Positions 28,838 to 37,538 of a stretch of DNA of 64,000 nucleotides are shown here, piece by piece. The DNA lies in NCBI GenBank assembly GCA_002477475.1, contig DLPX01000033.1, positions 30,082-94,081 of the forward strand, read 5' to 3'. The position numbers and the translations under genes are program-made. This DNA comes from Proteobacteria bacterium UBA7447. Lineage in GTDB: Bacteria; Pseudomonadota; Gammaproteobacteria; Arenicellales; UBA868. How positions within the stretch are numbered: position 1 is the first letter of the stretch; every line of letters begins with the position of its first letter. The notes below the pieces were generated by a model. The model was not told where the DNA came from. It did not search any database and saw only the letters and a list, made by a program, of their open reading frames with translations.

Positions 28838-31435
28838 CTACCCGGTTCCCACAAGATGATTTCCCACAGTCGCGCTCGCTGTGCATCGTCTGCGGTACCA
28901 GAACACACAGATCCCAAGCACGCCCACCTGTAGTGGACCGGCAAGCAGGTTCAAGAACGTCAACCGTTTGCCGAGGCGATCCACTTCGGCGCGAATGCTG
29001 TGCCTGACGACGCGAAGTTCTCGCCTAGCAGATAGCAGCGCGCTTTCAAATTCCTTGAGTTTCGCGGTGACAGATTCGGGCAGGTCTTCATAACTGATGT
29101 CCCCGACACCCTGGGTAGCCAAAGTGATCTGCTGTTCAAGCTCGCCGACCTGCTGCGCCAGCGCTGCCTCCCGCTCCTGCGCCTTGGCTTGCGCCGCTTG
29201 AAATAGATCAGCGACCCGAGAAAAAGGCCGATGCAACTGTCCTCGCGAGCGAATCGCAAGTAACTGGTCATCACCCGTCGCAAACTCCAACATATTCAAC
29301 ATAAAGGCGAGATTGTCGTTCAGGGGTCTGACTACCGTATCCTGGCCCAGACTCGTCTTTTGAAGCGAAAATGGATCAAAAAGCCAATCCACATCTGCAA
29401 TGGCAAAAACCAGTGGCATGCCGACAGCGTTTGGCCGATGAGCAGCTGCGGTAGAGAAATCAGGTGCCGAACCAAAAGCACTCTTGAGAGGGCCTTGGAC
29501 TGTTGCTGCAAGGACTCTCTTCTTTGACTGGCTCGCAAAAGACATGGAGAGATCACGCGGCGTTAAACGATCAAAATCCCCTCGTAACGCACTGCCTGCG
29601 TTGTCGGTTGTGGTAACCAGTGCCCTGGCGCCACCCTCGAGACGAAACGCACCCGGCTCGACGAGCAGAACTTCATTCAGGTTCGCAGTCGTCGCATGAT
29701 CGGCGGAAAGATCTGAGGCGGTGATTCTCATCCAGTACGGATAGGTGAGCCGCCCCTGATCCCCGTCACTGACAATAGAGGCGAGTTGTGCGTCACCCAC
29801 CACGGCAGCACCCTCATAAACAATGCCATAGCGGGCAAGAAGATCCGAAATATCATTGATCTCCTCAGAAGGGCTCGGGTTAGTGACGTTGTTCGCCCGT
29901 TTAACCCGACTGAAAGGATCTATCATTACGATCAAGCTGCCTCCCGCCATGACGAACTGATCGATGCTATAGAGCATATCCTCATGCAGGATATCAGCCC
30001 CCATCAAGATAACAACATCAATGCCGGCCGGAAGCTCTGTTTTGAAAAACGGCACCACCGCAACGTCATAAGCCCGCTTCAACTCGGACATAAAAGACAG
30101 GCCCTCGCGCTCCGCCAGCGCTGCAGAGGAAGGCAGCAGAGGGCTGACAATGGCGACCTTTGGTGTCGACTGGCGGCTTAATCCGTTTAGCGCTTGAACC
30201 AAATCATATTCCAGCAGGCTTTCACGACGAATATCGAGATAGGGCATCCGTCCGACTCTGCCACCCTGCTCTACCGTCAGCCCAAGGAAAAAATGATCGC
30301 CGGATGACATGGGTACCTTGTGGATGTTCTGCGACAGCGCCTGGAGCTCGGACTCTGAGTCGGGCTCTGGATTCACGAGGGTCCAGTCGAGTCCCGCCAC
30401 TTTTGCCATTTCCCTGATCAGACTCTGGGTCCTTCGGGCATGGGATTTGATGGAAGCCGGGATAGTGTCCTCCGTCGCGCTCCAATACAGGGTCAGAGTC
30501 GTATCTTCAGGAAGGCGCTCCAACACTTCACGTGTCCCCGCGTGCAGCGTAAATTCGCGTGCTTCGGTCAGATCAATTTGCCCCGGAAGCCGCTCCGACA
30601 GTGGGATCCCAAAGAGCCACAACAGCATCACGACTGCAAATGCGCCGAGTCGATCTGGCCTCAGTAACCCTTTGAGTCCCCCATGGCGGCGCTCCCCCAT
30701 GACCCAATGGGCCATCAGCAAAGACCCGCCGATGGTAAGTAAAAAATAGATCAGCGCCTGGGCCGGAATCAGTCCTTGGCCCAACACCTGACTCCATTTT
30801 AGAGGGCTGTAAACCACCAATGATTCCCACGCCCACTGGGGCAACAGGTCGCTCACGAGCCTGCCGAATACATCCCAGCCACAGAGCATCAGGACAAAAA
30901 GTGCGCCCGCACCGGTCACAAAAGCACCCACCGGTTCGCGCACGAAGCTCCCGGCAAAAAGTGTTACAGCAAAGCTTGCACCGAGAAACAACGCGGCCGC
31001 AAGATACCCCGCCAGAATCACACCCTTGTCCGGCTCTCCGAGATAAGTCAGTGTGAGAACAAAGGGCAGCGTCATCAACAGGGTCAACAGAAGCAGTATC
31101 CATCCGGCCAAAAATTTTCCCAAGACCACCGCTGTCGGACTCACCGGAAGAGAATACAGAAGTTCGATCTCCCGACTCGAGTGGCTATCGGTCCAGGCCG
31201 CCATCGACAGTGCCGGCACCAGTACTAAAGAGACCCAGGGAAGAAAAACCAGCATCAACCGAAGCGTTGCTTCATCCGAGCCGTAAAAGTTGGCGACCAA
31301 AAATATGAAAGCATTGAGTGCCAGCAGAAATGCTGCCTGAAAGAGATAGGTGAGCGGCGCAAAGAACAACAAACGCAACTCATGACGAAGCACAGCACTG
31401 ACGCCCAAAAACGGATGGCCACTTAATCTTTTCAT
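28838..31435 (-). CDS. GldF-GldG-like fusion (ABC-2 permease + auxiliary periplasmic domain)
   Basis: N-terminal multi-TM ABC-2 domain (ELRLLFFAPLTY, VLGKF); IDLTEAREFTL, LEYDL, IDQFVMAGGSL, ADVDWL, LLAIRSR; C-terminal coiled coil and TM. Confidence 0.85.
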   Translation of the reverse strand: MKRLSGHPFLGVSAVLRHELRLLFFAPLTYLFQAAFLLALNAFIFLVANFYGSDEATLRLMLVFLPWVSLVLVPALSMAAWTDSHSSREIELLYSLPVSPTAVVLGKFLAGWILLLLTLLMTLPFVLTLTYLGEPDKGVILAGYLAAALFLGASFAVTLFAGSFVREPVGAFVTGAGALFVLMLCGWDVFGRLVSDLLPQWAWESLVVYSPLKWSQVLGQGLIPAQALIYFLLTIGGSLLMAHWVMGERRHGGLKGLLRPDRLGAFAVVMLLWLFGIPLSERLPGQIDLTEAREFTLHAGTREVLERLPEDTTLTLYWSATEDTIPASIKSHARRTQSLIREMAKVAGLDWTLVNPEPDSESELQALSQNIHKVPMSSGDHFFLGLTVEQGGRVGRMPYLDIRRESLLEYDLVQALNGLSRQSTPKVAIVSPLLPSSAALAEREGLSFMSELKRAYDVAVVPFFKTELPAGIDVVILMGADILHEDMLYSIDQFVMAGGSLIVMIDPFSRVKRANNVTNPSPSEEINDISDLLARYGIVYEGAAVVGDAQLASIVSDGDQGRLTYPYWMRITASDLSADHATTANLNEVLLVEPGAFRLEGGARALVTTTDNAGSALRGDFDRLTPRDLSMSFASQSKKRVLAATVQGPLKSAFGSAPDFSTAAAHRPNAVGMPLVFAIADVDWLFDPFSLQKTSLGQDTVVRPLNDNLAFMLNMLEFATGDDQLLAIRSRGQLHRPFSRVADLFQAAQAKAQEREAALAQQVGELEQQITLATQGVGDISYEDLPESVTAKLKEFESALLSARRELRVVRHSIRAEVDRLGKRLTFLNLLAGPLQVGVLGICVFWYRRRCTASATVGNHLVGTG

Positions 31436-31456
31436 AACGATAGACGCTGGCCCTTG

Positions 31457-32167
31457 CTAAGCATCAAGGGTGAGCTGTCTGAATCGCGAAGCAAGCCGCC
31501 CGGAGGCATCAACGAGCTGATCAATCTTGGCGTCCTCGACTATGGTGCCACGGCTGATCACTACTGCGCGGTCGCAGAGTTCTTCCGCCTCTTCCAGAAT
31601 ATGTGTTGACAGAATAATCGTCCGTCCTACTTTCATCTCCCTCACGAGCGCCCTGACCAACTCTTTCTGGTTCGGGTCCAGTCCGTCAGTCGGCTCGTCG
31701 AGCACCAGCACTTGGGGCTCATGCAAAATGGCTTGAGCCAGCCAAGCGCGCTGGCGCCATCCCTTGGAAAGCTCCGCCATAGGCCGATCGAGCGCTTCAC
31801 CGAGATTAACGCGTTGGCAGGTCCGGTCTATCGCGCTTCGTAAGTCTTTTTTTGACAAACCTCTGGCTTCGCCACAGAAAGTGAGAAATTCGTTCACCGT
31901 CAGTCGGCCGAAGCCGCTGGGCGCCTCAGGAAGATATCCCAACTGTCTCTGAGCTTCGTGTCTTGCAGTGGCGATATCGCGCCCGCAGACACGAACTCGC
32001 CCCTGATCCGGGATGAGGTATCCACAGATCATGCGCATCGTCGTCGTTTTACCTGCGCCATTTGGGCCCAAAAAGCCCACTACCGAGTCTGCCTCAAAGC
32101 TCAATGAAACCCGGCTGACTGCCGGGACATCATTAAAGGATTTGGAGAGATCTTTAATCTCGAGCAC
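31457..32167 (-). CDS. ABC transporter ATP-binding protein (GldA-like)
   Basis: GPNGAGKTT, LSKGWRQR, LDEPTDGLDP, STHIL. Confidence 0.92.
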   Translation of the reverse strand: MLEIKDLSKSFNDVPAVSRVSLSFEADSVVGFLGPNGAGKTTTMRMICGYLIPDQGRVRVCGRDIATARHEAQRQLGYLPEAPSGFGRLTVNEFLTFCGEARGLSKKDLRSAIDRTCQRVNLGEALDRPMAELSKGWRQRAWLAQAILHEPQVLVLDEPTDGLDPNQKELVRALVREMKVGRTIILSTHILEEAEELCDRAVVISRGTIVEDAKIDQLVDASGRLASRFRQLTLDA

Positions 32168-32227
32168 GTTGACTGCCGGGTAAGCGCTGATGTCGGTAAA
32201 GTCTAACCCGACGTATCCGACTTACAG

Positions 32228-32437
32228 TCAATAATTGTAGAGAAACCCTGCAGCAATGAATAAACCGACGCTTACCCAAGACACCGCATGCCCGAGGCGC
32301 GCAACTGTTGAGAGCACCCGGCGGCTCTGGACCCCGGCCCTTCTGAGGGCAAAGGGGCCAAGCGTTGCGATGAGTGCCCCGGCAATAGCACCACTAATGA
32401 TGATTGGACGACTGGCAAGCGCTTCAAGACCATCCAT
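32228..32437 (-). CDS. Small hypothetical membrane protein (2 TM)
   Basis: 69 aa from ATG at 32437, two hydrophobic segments, fills the gap in the operon. Confidence 0.55.
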   Translation of the reverse strand: MDGLEALASRPIIISGAIAGALIATLGPFALRRAGVQSRRVLSTVARLGHAVSWVSVGLFIAAGFLYNY

Positions 32438-32479
32438 ATTTAACCCACTAACGCAGGAACCCTCCGCACTGCGCATGCC

Positions 32480-33313
32480 CTAACCCATTCGGGAATAGGC
32501 CTCCAGGAAATCGGAATTCGTTCCGGTGCCGCTAAAGCTCTTCATCGCCTCTTCATGAAGAATTTCCATCGCCTGACGTTTATATTCATAGGCCTCAGGC
32601 GAGCTCAGCATATCGAGATTCCTCGGACGCGGGAGATCAATCTGCAGCACTTCCCGGACAGACGCCGGCTTGTTCGACAGAACGACAATACTATCGGCCA
32701 AAATAATAGCCTCTTCCAATTCTGAGGTAACAAAGACGTTGGTGCGAGATTCCTGCTCACAAAGGCGCAGATAGAACTCCTGCATCAGTTGCCGCGTCAT
32801 CGCATCCAAACCACGAAACGGTTCGTCCATGATCATTACAACTGGCTGATTAATCAAGGCCCGCGCCAGTTCCGCGCGCCGTTGCATGCCGCCAGACAAC
32901 TGCAAAGGATACTTGTCCCGAAACTCTCTGAGTCCAACAGTTTCGATGATCTTGTCTGCGGCTGCTTTCAACTCATTTTTTGGCATATCGCCCCGCAGTT
33001 CCGGACCAAACACCACGTTCTGGTAGGTGGTCAGCCACGGCATCAACGCAGTCTCCTGAAACACAACGAGAGAGTTCTTACTTGGTCCGGTAACCGGTTT
33101 CCCATCAAGAGTGATCGTGCCCTCGTCGGGCAGTTCAAAACCAGCCAACAAGTTCACGATTGTGGATTTACCGCATCCCGAAGGCCCAACAATCGCGGTC
33201 AGTTGATTACGCTTAACCGTCAGACTGAGCTTTTCTACTACGGTCTCACGCTCCCAATCTTCCCCAAAAGCTTTGGAGACGTTGTCCAGGATCATTACAT
33301 CAGGCTGATTCAC
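32480..33313 (-). CDS. ABC importer ATP-binding subunit 2 (NitT/TauT type; H-loop His replaced by Ser)
   Basis: GPSGCGKS, VFQE, LSGGMQRR, MDEPF, FVTSELEEA. Confidence 0.9.
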   Translation of the reverse strand: MNQPDVMILDNVSKAFGEDWERETVVEKLSLTVKRNQLTAIVGPSGCGKSTIVNLLAGFELPDEGTITLDGKPVTGPSKNSLVVFQETALMPWLTTYQNVVFGPELRGDMPKNELKAAADKIIETVGLREFRDKYPLQLSGGMQRRAELARALINQPVVMIMDEPFRGLDAMTRQLMQEFYLRLCEQESRTNVFVTSELEEAIILADSIVVLSNKPASVREVLQIDLPRPRNLDMLSSPEAYEYKRQAMEILHEEAMKSFSGTGTNSDFLEAYSRMG

Positions 33314-33386
33314 TTTTTGTCTCCTTTTGCATTTTGCTCACCACTACTGTGACTCCTACTCACGAATGTTTTCTTCGGAAGCCACA

Positions 33387-34223
33387 TCAGAACATTCGTT
33401 TCCACGGCATCGATATATAACCCACGTAGCGGATCAGGCTGCTGGAAATGTAACCAGCAAGTCCGATACTGATCATGCCTACGATTACCTGATCCATGAC
33501 GCCGCCCATGTAGGAGCTCCAGATAAAGAAGCCCAGTCCGCCGCCACTCTGCTGACCGCCACCGGAAATCATCTCTGCAGCAAGCACGACCTCCCAGGTG
33601 ATTCCCATACCCACAGCGGCCCCAATAAAGATAGAAGGCAGGGTGCCCGGCAGAATGATCTTTCGGAAAAGATCCCACTGAGTAGCCCCCATCGACTGCG
33701 CTGCGCGAAGGTATTGGACATCAATGGAACGGGCGCCCCCGAGCACATTAATCACGATCGTATAGAACGCGCCCAGAAATGTGACGAACATGATGGAAAG
33801 CTCAGTCGTCGGCCAGAAAATGATCGAGGCCGGCACCCACGCCAGAGGCGGGATCGGCCGAAGAATCTCAAAGGGCGGAAAGAACATACCACGAAAATAT
33901 TTATTGACCGCCATCAATAAGCCAACAGGAATCCCCACCAGCTGCGCGACCATGAATCCGAAAAACACCCGACCGAAACTCAGATACCAACTCTCCCAGT
34001 ACCCCGGCTTGAAGACAACCTCGCTCCAACGTGCCGCGACAAGAGATGGGGCGTCGATTTTTCCGATAAAGGGCACCATGATCCCAAACCAGTCGTGGAA
34101 TCGAAAACCGACCTCCCACAAAACCAAGAAGATCACGATGGAAAATACCCCACGCCGTAACGTCAGATCCGTAAACAGGCTCTTTAACTTCCCATCTTTT
34201 TTATTTTTTGATGACTGAGCCAT
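33387..34223 (-). CDS. msmH: ABC importer permease (MsmH-like)
   Basis: RPIPPLAWVP, EAA-like loop YLRAAQSMGA, AAEMISG; symbol assigned from operon order. Confidence 0.75.
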   Translation of the reverse strand: MAQSSKNKKDGKLKSLFTDLTLRRGVFSIVIFLVLWEVGFRFHDWFGIMVPFIGKIDAPSLVAARWSEVVFKPGYWESWYLSFGRVFFGFMVAQLVGIPVGLLMAVNKYFRGMFFPPFEILRPIPPLAWVPASIIFWPTTELSIMFVTFLGAFYTIVINVLGGARSIDVQYLRAAQSMGATQWDLFRKIILPGTLPSIFIGAAVGMGITWEVVLAAEMISGGGQQSGGGLGFFIWSSYMGGVMDQVIVGMISIGLAGYISSSLIRYVGYISMPWKRMF

Positions 34224-34273
34224 CCTATCTCTCCAATTTAAATTCTGTCCTTCTCTTATCGCTAATCGCTCGC

Positions 34274-35137
34274 TTATGCCAGCTCGCGTTCGCCCGCCTC
34301 AAACGCTTTCACCGCCTCCTCGTGCACCGCCTCTTTCGTTTCTTGCACAAGGATGCGGAACTCTTCAGAGGAAAGCAGGCGATAGTCTCTGGGCCTATCT
34401 ATCTTGACGTCGACAATCTTCTTGGTTCGTGCCGGTCTCGTGGTCATGACAACGACTCGATCTCCCAAAAAGATCGCTTCCTCAAGATCATGCGTGATGA
34501 AGAAGATAGTGACCTTGGTCCGGTCGTACACCTCCAGCAAGGATTCATGCATGATTGACTTGGTCAGAGCATCCATTGCTCGGTAGGGCTCATCGAGGAG
34601 CAATACCTTGGGGTCATTGATCAACGCTCGGACAATCTCTGCCCGGCGCGCCATACCTGAAGAGACTTCACCCGGATACTTATCCGCGACACCGCCCAAC
34701 CCGGCTTCGGCCAGCAAGGCCTCCGCTTTATCCCTAGCCTCGGCTTTATTCATTATCCCTTGAACAATCGGCCCATAAGCCACGTTTTCTGCCAAGGTTT
34801 TCCAAGGAAAAAGGGCTCCGTTTTGGAATACCACAACCCGATCCGCGCCTTGTGTTGCGAGCTCTTTTCCCGGTCCGCAAAGCATCTCACCATCGAGATC
34901 AATCTGACCCTCGGTGATTGAATGAAACCCTGCAATCGCGTTGAGCAGCGTTGTCTTGCCGCAACCCGATGGACCCACGATCATGCACACCTCTCCTGAC
35001 GCGATCTCAAGAGAACAGTCGTCCAGGGCAAGCACATCGGCGCCCCCTGGATCATATATTTTTGTGACGTTGCGGATGCTGATGGCACCCTTACCAGAAG
35101 CGCCGTTACCCGTTACCGCTGCAGCTGTCGCGCTCAT
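34274..35137 (-). CDS. msmG: ABC importer ATP-binding subunit 1 (MsmG-like; degenerate signature VSSGM)
   Basis: GPSGCGKT, VFQN, VSSGMARR, LDEPY, FITHDLEEA; symbol assigned from operon order. Confidence 0.78.
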   Translation of the reverse strand: MSATAAAVTGNGASGKGAISIRNVTKIYDPGGADVLALDDCSLEIASGEVCMIVGPSGCGKTTLLNAIAGFHSITEGQIDLDGEMLCGPGKELATQGADRVVVFQNGALFPWKTLAENVAYGPIVQGIMNKAEARDKAEALLAEAGLGGVADKYPGEVSSGMARRAEIVRALINDPKVLLLDEPYRAMDALTKSIMHESLLEVYDRTKVTIFFITHDLEEAIFLGDRVVVMTTRPARTKKIVDVKIDRPRDYRLLSSEEFRILVQETKEAVHEEAVKAFEAGERELA

Positions 35138-36007
35138 TTAAACCCCTCCTTGCCCAAGAGCACGTTCGCGCCACTGCATCATCCGATTACCCGCCGCACG
35201 CACCATGGCTGAAGTAATCCATCCGACAAATCCGAGGGTTAACATCGCCATAACCATAGTGGTGTATTTGTTAACCATAAATGAATCCATGATCATATAG
35301 CCCAGGCCAAAATCTCCTGAGATCATCTCAGCGGCCACTAGCGAGAACCAGGCTACTCCAATGCTGATCTGGAGCCCGGTAAAGATGAAGGGCAGCGCAC
35401 CAGGTACCACCACATTTAAAAACACATGGTGTTTTTTCGATCCCAGACACCCTGCTGCCCGAAAGTATGACTCATCGATGGACTCCACCCCCAGCATCGT
35501 GTTGAGGGCCGTCACAAAGAAGGACGCAAGCGTCGCAAGATAAATGATCGGTGTTTCGAATCCCGCAAACATAACGATTGCCAAAGGTACCCAAGCCAGA
35601 ATGGGGATCGGCCGAAGAGTTTCTAAAATCGGAAAGGTGTAGTCCTTAAATTTCTTGGACCATCCCATGAAGAGCCCTAATGGCACCCCGAGGCCGGTGG
35701 CGATGGCAAAGGCGATAAAAATTCGTCGGCAACTCACCCAGATGTTGATGTAGTAATCCTGTGTGAATAAAGAAGTCCCCCAAATGGGGTCCTTATTCAG
35801 CCACTCGGTTACCACCTCGACTGGGCCAGGCACCTTATAAAACGGAGAGACTCTCCAATACTCGTTCAACAGAAAATACGACAAGAGCCAAATCCCAATA
35901 CCGATAAAAGCAAGATAAGGCATCGGCGTTTTAAGCGCCTTCCTGCTCTTGTGTAAAAAGTAATGCAGTCCGGACGGCGGACGTCCACTGACGCTTTGAT
36001 TACTCAT
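35138..36007 (-). CDS. msmF: ABC importer permease (MsmF-like)
   Basis: RPIPILAWVP, YFRAAGCLGS, AAEMISG; start reassigned to ATG at 36007; symbol assigned from operon order. Confidence 0.75.
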   Translation of the reverse strand: MSNQSVSGRPPSGLHYFLHKSRKALKTPMPYLAFIGIGIWLLSYFLLNEYWRVSPFYKVPGPVEVVTEWLNKDPIWGTSLFTQDYYINIWVSCRRIFIAFAIATGLGVPLGLFMGWSKKFKDYTFPILETLRPIPILAWVPLAIVMFAGFETPIIYLATLASFFVTALNTMLGVESIDESYFRAAGCLGSKKHHVFLNVVVPGALPFIFTGLQISIGVAWFSLVAAEMISGDFGLGYMIMDSFMVNKYTTMVMAMLTLGFVGWITSAMVRAAGNRMMQWRERALGQGGV

Positions 36008-36153
36008 TGACTCCCTCTCTTCTCTTTTCAAGCGACGACCGAGGTTTCAGTCCAGTAAGATGATGGCTGTCTCGGCGAATATGACTAACTACGAATCCAG
36101 AACTCGCCCCGGTGAGAGCCCTCTGGATGTTACTTCAGATACCTAACCGAGAG

Positions 36154-36183
36154 GCGGGCGCGAAGACTAACCTTCACGCCCGC
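36154..36183. other. Stem-loop just downstream of msmE
   Basis: GCGGGCG-C-GAAG/CTTC-A-CGCCCGC; a second hairpin TCCAGA...TCTGGA at about 36096-36127. Confidence 0.6.
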
Positions 36184-36224
36184 TCCCTGCTTTACCACTT
36201 CAGAAATCGAACTAAAAGTTCGAC

Positions 36225-37358
36225 TTACTGATAAGCCGAATCCGGCTGTTCGCCCACAAAGCCGATGGGTGCGCTCAGACCACGAGATGTGAGGACCTGC
36301 TTGGCAACATCATCCATGATTGCCTCGGGTCGCAGTATCGCGTCTGGAACAACTTTACGACCATGGAGGAACCTGGTTGCTGCAGTAACCAACTGCCGTG
36401 CAGTGTCGTCAAACACGTATCGCAGGGTCAATTTTTCCTCACCACCGCCAATGTCGGCTGCATTCTGGCCGTAGAGAGAAGCCCAGAGGACACGTCGATC
36501 CATGCCTTCGGTCTGATTTTCTGCCATCTTCGAGATCGCGGTCGCGTTACCAAGATCCTTCATGAAGAGCTGTGCGTCAAGCTCGGCCTCCAACCAGCCG
36601 CGCTGCACATCAGGTCGATCCCGGATGATTTCATAAAGCATCGCCAGGAATCCGGCGTCACCGCCTTCGACACCATCGAAGCTTTCGCCCGAGGCGGCAC
36701 GACGTGCCAATCCCGACAACTGAATCTTCGAAGCGGTCGGTTCCCAGATAACCGCTGCATCCAGTTTGTTGTTCTTGAAACTTGATGTGATGACCTCAAT
36801 GTTCATGTTGAGGTATTTTTTAGGTTTGATTCCCGCCTGTTCGAATGCCCAACGTGCAAAGCGGTCAGTACAGGCTCCGTGTGGCGCAGCAACCAACTTG
36901 CCGTCCATCCATTTCACAGCTTCCATACCGTTCGCGAACTCAGGCGCATCGTTCTTTACGAGGAACACGTTGCACTGCTGTCGGGATGTACCCAGTACCG
37001 CGATCATGCGGATATCAACTGTGTCCTGCTTGGTCGTGGATACGATCGCAGGCATATCTCCCATGTAGCCCAGGTGGTTCTTCTCGCCGAGCATCTTGCC
37101 CACGATGACAGAACCTTGAAGGCCGATCTCGAACTTGACGTCGGAACCGGCTGGCAGATACTTCTTCCACAACTCTTGGCCATTGATCACCACACCTGAC
37201 CAGGACTCTGTGTAATACGGCTGATAGCCGACCACCAGATCGACCGCGTCACCGGGCTTACCAAAACCTACTTCTGCTACTGCTGAGTTCATTGCGCCCA
37301 CTGACAGCAGTGTGGCGCCCAGTCCAGCAGAGAGCATGGTTTTTTTAAAGTTACTCAT
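36225..37358 (-). CDS. msmE: Sulfonate-type ABC substrate-binding protein (MsmE-like)
   Basis: Signal peptide (…SAVA|E), VGYQPY, YMGDMP, DAAVIWEP; heads the importer operon near msmABCD. Confidence 0.8.
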   Translation of the reverse strand: MSNFKKTMLSAGLGATLLSVGAMNSAVAEVGFGKPGDAVDLVVGYQPYYTESWSGVVINGQELWKKYLPAGSDVKFEIGLQGSVIVGKMLGEKNHLGYMGDMPAIVSTTKQDTVDIRMIAVLGTSRQQCNVFLVKNDAPEFANGMEAVKWMDGKLVAAPHGACTDRFARWAFEQAGIKPKKYLNMNIEVITSSFKNNKLDAAVIWEPTASKIQLSGLARRAASGESFDGVEGGDAGFLAMLYEIIRDRPDVQRGWLEAELDAQLFMKDLGNATAISKMAENQTEGMDRRVLWASLYGQNAADIGGGEEKLTLRYVFDDTARQLVTAATRFLHGRKVVPDAILRPEAIMDDVAKQVLTSRGLSAPIGFVGEQPDSAYQ

Positions 37359-37493
37359 AAATCCTCCCTTTTATTACGAACAGTTAACAAACTAGATTTC
37401 AAGAGCACTGCGTCTAAAGAAAATCTTGATCCCAACGCTCTTTAGTCTCCATTATCAATTCAACTAACGCCTCCGTAAAGTCACTTAGATGAT

Positions 37494-37509
37494 ATTTCTT
37501 ATACCTATT
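37494..37509. promoter_or_regulatory. Putative regulator-binding site upstream of msmE
   Basis: Reverse complement AATAGGTATAAGAAAT; 14/16 identical to 24374-24389. Confidence 0.5.
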
Positions 37510-37538
37510 CGCTATACCATGATAGCCTTTACATTGAA

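Noticed and set aside
28838-32167. Gliding motility apparatus
   Set aside because: Only GldA/F/G-like ABC components are present; these are widespread outside gliding bacteria and no other gld or spr genes are here
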